Assembly: GCA_934119955.1 (NCBI GenBank)
Contig: CAKOSZ010000002.1
Location: 18,505-82,504, forward strand
Direction of reading: 5' to 3'
Source of the DNA: an uncultured Bacilli bacterium
GTDB lineage: Bacteria; Bacillota_I; Bacilli_A; RF39; UBA660
DNA: 64,000 bases
Shown here: positions 10,470 to 19,309 of the stretch, piece after piece
Numbering within the stretch: position 1 is the stretch's first letter
Layout of the letters: each line of letters starts with the position of its first letter
The notes under the pieces: generated by a model
Told to the model about the DNA's origin: nothing
The model's input: the letters and a program-made list of their open reading frames with translations, nothing else
Databases searched by the model: none
Translations under genes and position numbers: made by a program

Positions 10470-10931
10470 CAAATTCTAAAAATAATTGAAGTTGCAAGAG
10501 CAATTAATTTAAAAGATAAAAGAAAAAGATATGAGTATATTTATGATACTATTTGTAATAAGTTAGATGCTAAAATTAAAACTAATTATTGTGAATTTGA
10601 AAATGGTATATGCCTTAAAGATAGATTACTTAATAATAATCATCTAAATGGTTGTTGCGAGTGTAGTGGTCGTAGAAAATGTAAATATTTAAATAATACT
10701 TGTACAATTAATTGTCTGGCTTGTAAGTTATTTACTTGTAAAACTTTAAGAAATTTAAATATTAAACAAAGTATAAATGATTTTATTCTGGCTAAGTATT
10801 TTTTTACAAGAAAGCAAAAAGATATTTTAGAACTTACTTTTTTTACAGAAAAAGAAGTAGTTATTGAAAAATTAATGAAAACAATTAAAAATAATAAAAA
10901 ATTAATAAGAGAATATGTTTACAAGGTCTAA
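10470..10931 (+). pseudogene. Stop-free ORF of 153 codons with no ATG/GTG/TTG start, encoding a Cys-rich sequence (..GCCECSGRRKCKYLNNTCTINCLACKLFTCK..). It may be a start-lost or 5-prime-truncated gene, or a gene with a non-canonical start.
   Basis: In ~25% GC DNA a 460-nt stop-free frame is very unlikely by chance. The first in-frame ATG lies only 18 codons from the end. This ORF is absent from the six-frame track. Confidence 0.3.
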
Positions 10932-10966
10932 AAAATAAGATATAATATGACCTGTTGGAGGAAATT

Positions 10967-12229
10967 ATGGAAAAAAATAATAAAAATAAACATGAAATTA
11001 CAATTAAAATTGAAGGAGAAGAATGGAAAAAAGCCTTAGAAAAAGCATTTTTAGACAATAATAAAAAAGCAAAAATTGATGGTTTTCGTCCAGGACATGC
11101 TCCATATGATATATTTGTAAAACATTACGGAGTAGAATCTTTATTTATGGATGCTGCTGATAAAGTTATTGAAGATGCTTATTTAAAAGCAATTAATGAA
11201 AGTAAATTAGTACCAGTAACTAGTCCAATTCCAAGTATTAAAGATGTAAATGAAGATGCTATTGAATTTGTATTTACAATTGTTACAAAACCTGAAATTA
11301 AAATTAAAAAATATTCTGGTTTAAAAGTTAAAAAAGATAAATTAGAAGTAAAAGAAGAAGAAATTCAAGATGAAATAGATCATTTACTAGAACATTATGC
11401 TGAACTTGTTGTTAAAGAAGGAACAGTAGAAAATGGAGATACAGTTATAATTGATTTTGAAGGGTCTGTTGATGGAGTTCCATTTGAAGGAGGAAAAGCT
11501 GAAAATCAAAGTTTAGTAATTGGATCTAATACATTTATTCCAGGATTTGAAGAACAATTAATTGGTATGGAAAAAGAAAGTGAAAAAGATATCAAAGTAA
11601 CTTTCCCAGAAGATTATCATGCTGAAAATCTAAAAGGAAAAGAGGCTACATTTAAAATTAAATTACATGAAATTAAAACTAAGAAAAATCGTGAATTAGA
11701 TGCTGAATTCTTTGAAGATTTAGGAATGGAAGGAGTTAATTCTCTTGAAACATTAAAAGATGCTATCAAAGAACATTTAGAAGCCCACAAGAAAACTGAC
11801 ATTGAAAATAAATTTGTAAATGATATGTTAGATGCTATTAGCAAAGAAACTGAAATTGATATTCCAGAAGAAATGGTAGAAGATGAAATTAATCGTTTAA
11901 TTGAAAGATTTGAAGAACAATTAAAGATGCAAGGTGCAAGTTTAGATTTATACTATAAATTAACTAAATCAACTGAACAAGATTTAAGAAGTCAAGTTGA
12001 AAAAGAAGCATTTAAAAATGTTTTATATCGTTTAATCCTTGAAGAATTAGTTAAAATACTTGAAATAAAAGTAACAGATGAAGAAGCAGAGGAAGAACTT
12101 AAAAAGATGGCTGATAATTACCATGCAACTGTTGAAGATATTGAAAAAGAACTTGGTGGTAAAGAAATGATTAAATATGACATCGAGGTTAAAAAGGCTT
12201 TCAATAAATTAGAAGAATTAAATAAATAG
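10967..12229 (+). CDS. tig: Trigger factor (ribosome-associated PPIase chaperone). The likely start is the ATG at 10967, after GGAGG.
   Basis: N-terminal GFRPGHAP ribosome-binding motif, and an FKBP-type PPIase domain (GDTVIIDFEGSVDGVPFEGGKAENQSLVIGSNTFIPGFEEQLIGM). Confidence 0.88.
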   Translation: MEKNNKNKHEITIKIEGEEWKKALEKAFLDNNKKAKIDGFRPGHAPYDIFVKHYGVESLFMDAADKVIEDAYLKAINESKLVPVTSPIPSIKDVNEDAIEFVFTIVTKPEIKIKKYSGLKVKKDKLEVKEEEIQDEIDHLLEHYAELVVKEGTVENGDTVIIDFEGSVDGVPFEGGKAENQSLVIGSNTFIPGFEEQLIGMEKESEKDIKVTFPEDYHAENLKGKEATFKIKLHEIKTKKNRELDAEFFEDLGMEGVNSLETLKDAIKEHLEAHKKTDIENKFVNDMLDAISKETEIDIPEEMVEDEINRLIERFEEQLKMQGASLDLYYKLTKSTEQDLRSQVEKEAFKNVLYRLILEELVKILEIKVTDEEAEEELKKMADNYHATVEDIEKELGGKEMIKYDIEVKKAFNKLEELNK

Positions 12230-12250
12230 ATTTTTTGTCTATTTATTTTT
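12222..12250 (+). terminator. Rho-independent terminator after tig.
   Basis: aaataga-ttttttg-tctattt followed by a T-run, then an extended -10 element (TGtTATAAT) for the next gene. Confidence 0.5.
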
Positions 12251-12277
12251 TTGTGTTATAATGAAAAGGGTGATGAT

Positions 12278-12955
12278 ATGCCAATTATTGGAATAGTTGC
12301 AAGACCAAGTGATAAAGATAAAAAAAAGAATAATTATGTTAGTGAAAATCTACGAAGAGCAGTTATTAAAAGTGGAGGGACGCCCTTAGCAATTTTATCG
12401 ACTGATGAAAGAGTTTATGAACTTGATAATTATTTAAAGGGTGGCTTAAATAAAGAAAGTAAGAAAAACTTAGATAAAGTTTTAAGTCTTTGTGATGGTA
12501 TAATCTTTCAAGGGGGCTCCAAGTTTTATCCAAATGATAAGTATATTGCTAAATATGTAATTAAAAATGATGTTCCAACTCTTGGAATATGTCTTGGTAT
12601 GCAACTTTTAAACCATGTTGATAATCAGGAAAAATCCACTTTAATTAAAATTGATGATCATTTAGATAATAAAAAGTATGTTCATAAAATAAAAATAGTT
12701 AAAAATACTTTATTAAGTGATATCTTAAATCTAGATGAAATGAAAGTTAATTCAAGACATAGACTATCTATTGTAAAATTAAATAAATTTAAAATATGTG
12801 CCACATCACCTGATAATATAATAGAAAGTATATATTATCCAGGAAAAAGATTTATCTTAGGAGTACAATTTCATCCAGAAGATATGTATTTTTATGATGA
12901 ATTTGCTAAATTAATATTTGAAAGATTTATAAAGGAGTGCAATAATGTTAGATAA
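12278..12955 (+). CDS. Class I glutamine amidotransferase-like hydrolase (peptidase C26 / gamma-glutamyl-GABA hydrolase family).
   Basis: Catalytic Cys in GICLGMQLLN and His in QFHPE. The start was moved to MPIIGIV (RBS aaaggg). Confidence 0.65.
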   Translation: MPIIGIVARPSDKDKKKNNYVSENLRRAVIKSGGTPLAILSTDERVYELDNYLKGGLNKESKKNLDKVLSLCDGIIFQGGSKFYPNDKYIAKYVIKNDVPTLGICLGMQLLNHVDNQEKSTLIKIDDHLDNKKYVHKIKIVKNTLLSDILNLDEMKVNSRHRLSIVKLNKFKICATSPDNIIESIYYPGKRFILGVQFHPEDMYFYDEFAKLIFERFIKECNNVR

Positions 12956-14378
12956 GTTTTTAGATGAATATGTTAATAAAATGTATTTAAATTCAAATGT
13001 AAATATGAGTTTAGAACAGAGAAATTTATATACAAGAGAAGATTATTATGCCCTGTTAAGACCAGTTGTTTCTTTGCTTCAAAAGTATCCAGATGATTCT
13101 TTACAAGAATTAAGAGAAAAGTTGTTTGTAAATTCTTCTTTAAGAGAAAAACTAGAAGAATTTATATATGAAAAAAGAATGGCTCCGGGAGCAGTTATTA
13201 CTTTTGGAACGAAGGATTACAAGGAGACTTTAATAGTAGGAAACAGAGAAGAAGTTAGATTAGAAGGAAATAAAATAGTTCCAAGTGTTAAAGAAATGAC
13301 TTATGATACCATTTTTGATTTAGCATCTATTACTAAAATTTTTACAAGTATTAGTATTTTATTATTAGCATCCAAAAATCTTATTAATTTAGATGATAAG
13401 ATTGTTAAATATGCAAGTAATTTTAAAAATTTAAGTGATGTTTCTATCTTTGATTTACTAAGTTTTAAAGTACCTCTTGTAACAAGTAAAAGATTAGATA
13501 ATATATCAGGTGATTCTTTAAAAGAGGTTTTAAATGATATAAAAGTTGGTTATCTTGAACCATACAAGAATCCTTATACAGATATGGGAGCAATTGTTTT
13601 AAAATATGTAATTGAAGCAGTAACGGGTATGCCTTTTTATGATTTTTTAGATAAAGAAATACTTGGACCTTTATTAATGAAAGATACTAATTATAAATTT
13701 CCTAAATATAAATTACAAAGAGTAGCATCTACTAGTTTAGGTGGAGTAATAACAAAGGATTTAAAATTTGATAGGGATACAACTGGAATAATAGGTGTAC
13801 CTCATGATAAAAAGGCTAGAAATTTAGAAATAGATGGCTTGCCAGGACATGCTGGCTTATTTTCGACAGCTCCTGATATGTCTTTATTTGCTAAGGGTTT
13901 AATTAATAATCAAGTTTTACCTCCTTCTTACTTGGAAAGCCTTGCTAAAAATAGAACTGGTAAGAAAGTTATGGTAGATGGAACTGAAAAATACGTTCAA
14001 TACCTAGGTTATCTATGTTATTCAAAACATCCTAACTTGGCAGATTCGGATCTTTTTCATGCAATGTCAGGGAAAAGTTTTGCCTCAGGTGGTTTTACCG
14101 GAGGAGAACTTACAGTTGATCCTTTAAATGAAATATATTTCTTTTTAGGAACTAATCGTGTGCATAATCGTATTGTAAGAGATCTTTCTGGAAATAAAAT
14201 TAAGGAAATGGAAGTAGATGGTAAGATTATACCAAATGTAAGTGATTTTGCCTGGCAAAGAGATAATTATATAATTCATCCTTGTTTATCTCTTGCTATT
14301 CAATATAAAATGTTAGAAGACTTTTATAAATTATGTAAAGAAAAAATTGAAAGTGAAGAATTTGTTAGAAAAATATAG
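12945..14378 (+). CDS. Serine hydrolase of the beta-lactamase / PBP4-like esterase family.
   Basis: S-x-x-K motif (ASITKIFTS) in an otherwise beta-lactamase-like context, and ~470 aa in length. Confidence 0.65.
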   Translation: MLDKFLDEYVNKMYLNSNVNMSLEQRNLYTREDYYALLRPVVSLLQKYPDDSLQELREKLFVNSSLREKLEEFIYEKRMAPGAVITFGTKDYKETLIVGNREEVRLEGNKIVPSVKEMTYDTIFDLASITKIFTSISILLLASKNLINLDDKIVKYASNFKNLSDVSIFDLLSFKVPLVTSKRLDNISGDSLKEVLNDIKVGYLEPYKNPYTDMGAIVLKYVIEAVTGMPFYDFLDKEILGPLLMKDTNYKFPKYKLQRVASTSLGGVITKDLKFDRDTTGIIGVPHDKKARNLEIDGLPGHAGLFSTAPDMSLFAKGLINNQVLPPSYLESLAKNRTGKKVMVDGTEKYVQYLGYLCYSKHPNLADSDLFHAMSGKSFASGGFTGGELTVDPLNEIYFFLGTNRVHNRIVRDLSGNKIKEMEVDGKIIPNVSDFAWQRDNYIIHPCLSLAIQYKMLEDFYKLCKEKIESEEFVRKI

Positions 14379-14411
14379 TGCTTAATTTACCATTAAAATG
14401 AATTAAAAATT

Positions 14412-14445
14412 AAGAAGGAATTTGTTATTTTCCTTCTTTTTTTAT
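14412..14445 (+). terminator. Rho-independent terminator.
   Basis: aagaagga-atttgttattt-tccttctt followed by ttttttt. Confidence 0.65.
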
Positions 14446-14449
14446 AAAA

Positions 14450-14466
14450 TGTGAACAAGTTTCACA
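14450..14466. promoter_or_regulatory. Perfect 6-5-6 palindrome TGTGAAcaagtTTCACA upstream of the bacteriocin exporter promoter; a candidate operator, possibly of Crp/Fnr or Rex type.
   Basis: Seen directly in the sequence. Half-sites resemble TGTGA/TCACA boxes, but the spacing differs by 1 nt from the canonical Crp (N6) and Rex (N4) arrangements. Confidence 0.3.
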
Positions 14467-14521
14467 TTTTAACCCTTGCAAACCCTTATAAAATAAGGGT
14501 TTTAAAAAATAAAAAAAATTT

Positions 14522-14550
14522 TTCAAAAATGTAGCATTCTCTTATATTAT
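14522..14550 (+). promoter_or_regulatory. Sigma-A type promoter for the bacteriocin export operon.
   Basis: TTCAAA, a 17-nt spacer, then TATTAT. The RBS GGAGGG and the start follow. Confidence 0.45.
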
Positions 14551-14565
14551 ATTTGGAGGGTGAAA

Positions 14566-16632
14566 ATGAGAAAAATTACATATGTTAAACAAACAGATTT
14601 ACGAGATTGTGGGGTATCCTGCTTACTTGCTATTACCAAATATTATGGTGGATATGCAACAAGAGAATATTTACGTGAAATTACTAAGACAACAAGAGAG
14701 GGGGTTAATATATATTCCTTAAAAGAAGGAAGTAAAGTCTTAGGTTTTGAAGCGGTAGCAGTAAAGGGGAATATTTTAAATATGAAATTAAAAGTTCCAT
14801 TTATAGCACATGTTGTAAAAAATAATCTTGGTCATTTTATTGTTATTATGAGTATTAAAGAAAAAAGTATTACTATTATGGATCCTAGTAGTGGTATTAA
14901 AAATATAACTTATGATGAATGGAATAATATTACAACTAATGTTTACTTGGAATTAAAACCAGTTACTAAAATTTTAAAACAAGAAAAAACTAATTCTTTA
15001 AAAAATTTATTAGTACCAATTATTAAAAGATATAAAATATTAATTATAATTTTATTTATCCTATCACTTATCTATACCTTAACAAATGTTTTAATATCAT
15101 ATCAGTTAAAATTCTTTATTGAATTACTTGATAATAGAAATATTAATATATTAAAAACAATATTTATATTTTTAATACTTGTAAATATACTAAAAGAATT
15201 ATCTAATTTGTTTAAAAATAATTTACTTAATTATATAAACCATACTCTTGATAAAACCTTGTTTAAAGACATATATAATCATATCATTAAACTTCCATAT
15301 TTATATTTTAAAAATCGTACAAAAGGAGATATAACAACTAGAATACAAGATGTATTTACTATAAGAGATTTTATAAGTAATTTAATTGTTTTAATAACAT
15401 CATTAGTTTTAATGATTACTACATTTATCTTTATGTTAAAAATAAATGTAAAATTAACTATAATTTGTTTAATTTTAACAATTGTATACATAAGTGTTAT
15501 TTATCTTTATAATAATTATTTAAGTAAAAAAATTAAAGAATTAAAAGATGAAGAAATAATTGTAAATAATCATATTATAGAATCAGTTTCATCTATTAAT
15601 ACCATTAAAAGTATGCAAATAGAAAATAAATTAACTGATAGTTTACTAAGTAAATATAAATTATTACAAGATGTAAGTTTTGATTTATATCAAAAAAATA
15701 ATCAAAGTAATTTCTTTAAAAATTTAATTTATGGTTTTTGTTTATTAATAATAATTTATTTAGGTATTAAAGAAGTTTTAAATAATAATTTATCACTTTC
15801 TAGTTTACTTGTTTATCATAGTTTATTATCATTTTATTTTGAACCAATTCAAAATTTAGCATCTATTTCTATGACTTTTAAAGAAGCAAGTGTATCTTTT
15901 ATTAGAATTAATGAGTTATTCAGTGTTAAAGAAGAATTAATAGAACCTGATAATAAAACCATAAATCATCATTTAAAAGGAAATATAAAAGTTAATAATT
16001 TAATATATTCTTATAATGGAGTAGAAAACATAATTAAATGTAATAATTTAGATATTAAAGAAGGAAATAAAGTTTTAGTCTATGGCAAAAGTGGTTGTGG
16101 TAAATCTACTTTAATGAAATTATTGGTTAAATATATTAAAGATTATTCAGGAAGTATTTTAATAGATGATAGAGATTTAATGACTTATAATATTTTTGAT
16201 ATTAGAAGAAAAATAACTTTTGTATCTCAACAAGAAGTACTATATACTGATACTATCTATAATAATATAGTTTTAGATAATAATATTTCTTATCCTGAAT
16301 ATTTAGAAATTATTAAATTAACAGGTGTTGATAATATTATTAAAAGAAGTATTTTAAAAGATGATATGTTAATTGAAAATAATGGTTCTAATTTATCAGG
16401 TGGAGAGGTTCAAAGAATAATTCTTGCTAGATCTTTATGTAAAAAAAGTGATATTTATATATTTGATGAATCTTTAAGTGCTATTGATATTCAAAGTGAA
16501 AGAAAAATTATGGAGAATTTATTTAGTTATTTAAATAATAAAACAGTTATAGTAATAAGTCATAGATTTAATAATCGAGATTTATACCAACAATTTGTTT
16601 GTATGCAAAAAGGAGTAGTATATGATTATTAG
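14566..16632 (+). CDS. Bacteriocin-processing and export ABC transporter with an N-terminal C39 peptidase domain (ComA/LagD/SunT type). The track's GTG start at 14560 abuts the RBS, so the ATG at 14566 is preferred.
   Basis: C39 Cys (DLRDCGVSCLLAI) and His (GHFIVIM). A six-helix TM domain. Walker A GKSGCGKST, signature LSGGEVQRIILARSL, Walker B IYIFDESLSAID. Confidence 0.85.
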   Translation: MRKITYVKQTDLRDCGVSCLLAITKYYGGYATREYLREITKTTREGVNIYSLKEGSKVLGFEAVAVKGNILNMKLKVPFIAHVVKNNLGHFIVIMSIKEKSITIMDPSSGIKNITYDEWNNITTNVYLELKPVTKILKQEKTNSLKNLLVPIIKRYKILIIILFILSLIYTLTNVLISYQLKFFIELLDNRNINILKTIFIFLILVNILKELSNLFKNNLLNYINHTLDKTLFKDIYNHIIKLPYLYFKNRTKGDITTRIQDVFTIRDFISNLIVLITSLVLMITTFIFMLKINVKLTIICLILTIVYISVIYLYNNYLSKKIKELKDEEIIVNNHIIESVSSINTIKSMQIENKLTDSLLSKYKLLQDVSFDLYQKNNQSNFFKNLIYGFCLLIIIYLGIKEVLNNNLSLSSLLVYHSLLSFYFEPIQNLASISMTFKEASVSFIRINELFSVKEELIEPDNKTINHHLKGNIKVNNLIYSYNGVENIIKCNNLDIKEGNKVLVYGKSGCGKSTLMKLLVKYIKDYSGSILIDDRDLMTYNIFDIRRKITFVSQQEVLYTDTIYNNIVLDNNISYPEYLEIIKLTGVDNIIKRSILKDDMLIENNGSNLSGGEVQRIILARSLCKKSDIYIFDESLSAIDIQSERKIMENLFSYLNNKTVIVISHRFNNRDLYQQFVCMQKGVVYDY

Positions 16633-17023
16633 TTGTTTTGATAAATTTAGTTTAAAAATAAAATTTAAAGAATTTATGTATGTATTTTTAATTATAATTA
16701 TGTTATTTATAATTACTTTAAACTTATTTAATATTAAAAATAGATATGAAAGTACTATGAAATTTAATTTATTAAGTAATAATATATTGGAGTTAAATAA
16801 AGTAGATTTAATTGATTTAAAAAGAATTAGTAACTGTAAAAAAGTAATAATAGATAACAATTATTTTAATTTTAATCTAATAGATATAAAAGAGAATAAA
16901 ACTAACTATCTAGTTAAAATTGAAGTATTAAATCTTGATAAAGTTAATTCTTATCAAGTAACATTTCTTGAAAAAGAAGAAAATTTACTTAAATTTATAA
17001 TAAGAAATATGAAAGGAGAATAA
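16622..17023 (+). CDS. Small single-TM protein translationally coupled to the exporter (11-nt overlap); a candidate accessory or immunity factor.
   Basis: N-terminal hydrophobic helix and operon position. There is no similarity to the large HlyD-like accessory proteins. Confidence 0.35.
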   Translation: MIISCFDKFSLKIKFKEFMYVFLIIIMLFIITLNLFNIKNRYESTMKFNLLSNNILELNKVDLIDLKRISNCKKVIIDNNYFNFNLIDIKENKTNYLVKIEVLNLDKVNSYQVTFLEKEENLLKFIIRNMKGE

Positions 17024-17026
17024 AAT

Positions 17027-17173
17027 ATGCAAAAATTAAGTATTAAAGAAATGAAAAATATAAATGGAGGGGGAGTATCAGGAGTAATTGCTGCTATATT
17101 TGGAATTGGTTCATTTATAGCCTTTCTTGCTGGGGTTTTAGATGGTTATACTAGACCTATTAGATGTAATTAG
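17027..17173 (+). CDS. Bacteriocin precursor peptide 1 with a double-glycine leader (MQKLSIKEMKNINGG | GVSGVIAAIFGIGSFIAFLAGVLDGYTRPIRCN).
   Basis: Absent from the ORF track (48 aa). RBS gaaaggag lies 6 nt upstream. A 15-aa GG leader is typical of C39 substrates. The mature peptide is hydrophobic with a GxxxG motif (GVLDG) and a single C-terminal Cys. Confidence 0.7.
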   Translation: MQKLSIKEMKNINGGGVSGVIAAIFGIGSFIAFLAGVLDGYTRPIRCN

Positions 17174-17181
17174 GAGGTTTT

Positions 17182-17352
17182 ATGGAAAAATTAAGTATTA
17201 TAGAAATGAAAAAGATAAAGGGAGGATTAACTTTATCAGGGGCTTTAATTAGTGCTTTTAAAGGATATTACACGGTTTTAAGAGAAATAGGTCAATATTT
17301 TGGCAGTGGTATTAGAAGAATTACAAGTGGTTCATATTGTTCTGTGAGGTAA
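17182..17352 (+). CDS. Bacteriocin precursor peptide 2 with a double-glycine leader (MEKLSIIEMKKIKGG | LTLSGALISAFKGYYTVLREIGQYFGSGIRRITSGSYCSVR).
   Basis: Absent from the track (56 aa). RBS aggagg is present. The leader is homologous to that of peptide 1. The mature peptide is amphipathic, with GxxxG (GQYFG) and a single Cys near the C-terminus. This points to a two-peptide (class IIb-like) bacteriocin. Confidence 0.7.
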   Translation: MEKLSIIEMKKIKGGLTLSGALISAFKGYYTVLREIGQYFGSGIRRITSGSYCSVR

Positions 17353-17355
17353 TTT

Positions 17356-17523
17356 ATGAGTTTAAAATTGAAAAATATTTTTCTTAGTTATATCTTACCA
17401 ATTGCTAGTTTAGTTTTAATGATGATGTTTTCAAAAGTTATGTTTATGTTTCTTTTTCAAATAGGTAGACAGTATGGTTCATTTTTAAGAAATATGTTTG
17501 AATTTAGTTGTAATTTAGTCTAA
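17356..17523 (+). CDS. 55-aa two-TM membrane protein directly after the peptide genes; candidate bacteriocin immunity protein.
   Basis: MSLKLKNIFLSYILPIASLVLMMMFSKVMFMFLFQIGRQYGSFLRNMFEFSCNLV. Small, hydrophobic and positioned as expected for an immunity gene. Confidence 0.4.
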   Translation: MSLKLKNIFLSYILPIASLVLMMMFSKVMFMFLFQIGRQYGSFLRNMFEFSCNLV

Positions 17524-17597
17524 AATGTAACTTTAATAAAAAAAAACATATAATAATTTAGAAAAAGTTAAAAATTATGTTGAATTTTGTTTTAAAG

Positions 17598-17608
17598 TTT
17601 GATATAAT
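17598..17608 (+). promoter_or_regulatory. Extended -10 promoter element (TGaTATAAT) for rpsU.
   Basis: tttgatataatc at about 35 nt upstream of the RBS. Confidence 0.4.
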
Positions 17609-17642
17609 CTATTTGATTTTAAAACGAAGGGAGGGAATGAGA

Positions 17643-17837
17643 ATGACACATGTTGCTGTTAGAAACGGTAATCTAGATGGGGCTTTAAGAAAGTTTAAAC
17701 AAAAAGTTGCACGAGATGGTATCCCTTCTGAATTCAAAAAAAGAGAAGCATATGATAAACCAGGCGTAAAAAGACGTGAAGCTAAAAAAGCAGGTATAAA
17801 GAATGCTCGTAAACGTGAAAGAAATAACAGAGACTAG
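17643..17837 (+). CDS. rpsU: 30S ribosomal protein S21. The track's 5-prime extension to 17577 is not supported.
   Basis: MTHVAVRNGNLDGALRKFKQKVARDGIPSEFKKREAYDKPGVKRREAKKAG... matches the S21 family. RBS aagggaggg is present. Confidence 0.85.
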   Translation: MTHVAVRNGNLDGALRKFKQKVARDGIPSEFKKREAYDKPGVKRREAKKAGIKNARKRERNNRD

Positions 17838-17854
17838 TTTCTAGTCTCTTTTTC
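17829..17854 (+). terminator. Rho-independent terminator after rpsU.
   Basis: agagactag-ttt-ctagtctct followed by ttttt. Confidence 0.65.
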
Positions 17855-17905
17855 AATTATTGTTTTTTAATTTTAAAAATATATTATAATATTAAAGGAG
17901 GACTA

Positions 17906-19309
17906 ATGAAAATAAAAAATTTAGGACAAGTATTTACCCCAATAAACATAGTTAAGGATGTACTAGATGCTGCTGGTTATTCTGGGGAAGTTATTCTTAA
18001 TAAACATGTTATTGATAATAGTTGTGGAGATGGAGCCTTTTTAGTTGAAATAATAAATAGATATATAGATGCTTACTATGAAAAATATAATATACTTACT
18101 AATATTTCAGATGATTTAAAAAAATATATTCACGGAATTGAAATAGATCAAGAAATATATGATATGTGTATTAAAAACTTAAATAATTTATTAGATAGTA
18201 GAAATATAAAAAAAGTTAAATTAGATATTTTAAATAAAGATGCCTTAGGTGTTATAAAATATAATCACAAAATGGACTTTGTTTTAGGTAATCCTCCTTA
18301 TGTAAGAGTTCATAATTTAAGTAGTCAGTATGAAAATGTAAAAAAATATTCATTTTGTAATACAGGAATGACTGATTTATATATTGTGTTTTATGAAATA
18401 GGTCTTAAAATGCTAAACGAAAAAGGGGTTTTATGTTATATTACACCAAATTCCTTTTATAATAGTTTAGCAGGAAGAAAATTAAGAGAATATTTAGAAG
18501 ACAAAAAAAACTTAGAATTAATAATGGATTTAGGTCACTATCAACCATTTAGTGTTACAACTTATACTACTATTTGTAAAATAGTTAATAATCAAAAATT
18601 TCTTGGTTGTAAATATTATAAATATAATACTAAAACAGGAACCAAAGAATTTATTGATTTAATAGAATATAAAAATTTATTTGTAAACAATAATATAATT
18701 TTAGATAATGATTTAAAATATATTAAAATTTTAAACTATGAATTAAAAAAGGATTTAAAAGTAGTTGTAAAAAATGGTTTTGCTACTTTAAATGATAAAG
18801 TATTTATTCAAGATGAGTTTCCTTTTAAGGGAAATCAAATAGATGTTATAAAGGGTTCTACTAATGAAATTAAAAAATGTATTTATCCTTATGATAAAGA
18901 GGGAAAATTAATTCCATTTGAAAGACTAGATAAAAATGTGCAAGAATACCTAGAAAATCATAAAAAAGATTTGATAAAAGAAAATTCTAAGAAAGATTCA
19001 GTTTGGTATGCCTTTGGTAGATCACAAGGTATAAATGATGTGAAATTAAATAAAATATCAATTAATACAACTATTAAAGATCTTAAATCAATTAAATTAA
19101 ATGAAGTACCTGCTAATAAAGGTGTTTATAGTTCCCTATATTTGTTAACTGATGTTTCATTTGAAAAAATTAAATCTCTCATTTATAGAGATGATTTTAT
19201 TGAATATTTAAAGATATTAAATAAATGTAAAAGTGGAGGATATTTTACTTTATCTTCAAAAGATTTAGCAAAATATTTAAATTATTATTTGGAGGAAGAA
19301 AATGAATAA
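17906..19309 (+). CDS. N6-adenine DNA methyltransferase, gamma class and TaqI-like, of a type II restriction-modification system.
   Basis: GQVFTP near the N-terminus (as in M.TaqI x-x-ETP), motif I DNSCGDGAFL, and motif IV NPPY (VLGNPPYVRV). Confidence 0.75.
   Translation: MKIKNLGQVFTPINIVKDVLDAAGYSGEVILNKHVIDNSCGDGAFLVEIINRYIDAYYEKYNILTNISDDLKKYIHGIEIDQEIYDMCIKNLNNLLDSRNIKKVKLDILNKDALGVIKYNHKMDFVLGNPPYVRVHNLSSQYENVKKYSFCNTGMTDLYIVFYEIGLKMLNEKGVLCYITPNSFYNSLAGRKLREYLEDKKNLELIMDLGHYQPFSVTTYTTICKIVNNQKFLGCKYYKYNTKTGTKEFIDLIEYKNLFVNNNIILDNDLKYIKILNYELKKDLKVVVKNGFATLNDKVFIQDEFPFKGNQIDVIKGSTNEIKKCIYPYDKEGKLIPFERLDKNVQEYLENHKKDLIKENSKKDSVWYAFGRSQGINDVKLNKISINTTIKDLKSIKLNEVPANKGVYSSLYLLTDVSFEKIKSLIYRDDFIEYLKILNKCKSGGYFTLSSKDLAKYLNYYLEEENE

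Noticed and set aside
14471-14501. Stem-loop aaccctta-taaaa-taagggtt as a terminator.
   Set aside because: An A-run follows it on this strand, not a U-run, and on the opposite strand the T-run precedes the hairpin. It is retained only as a possible regulatory structure in the exporter-promoter finding.
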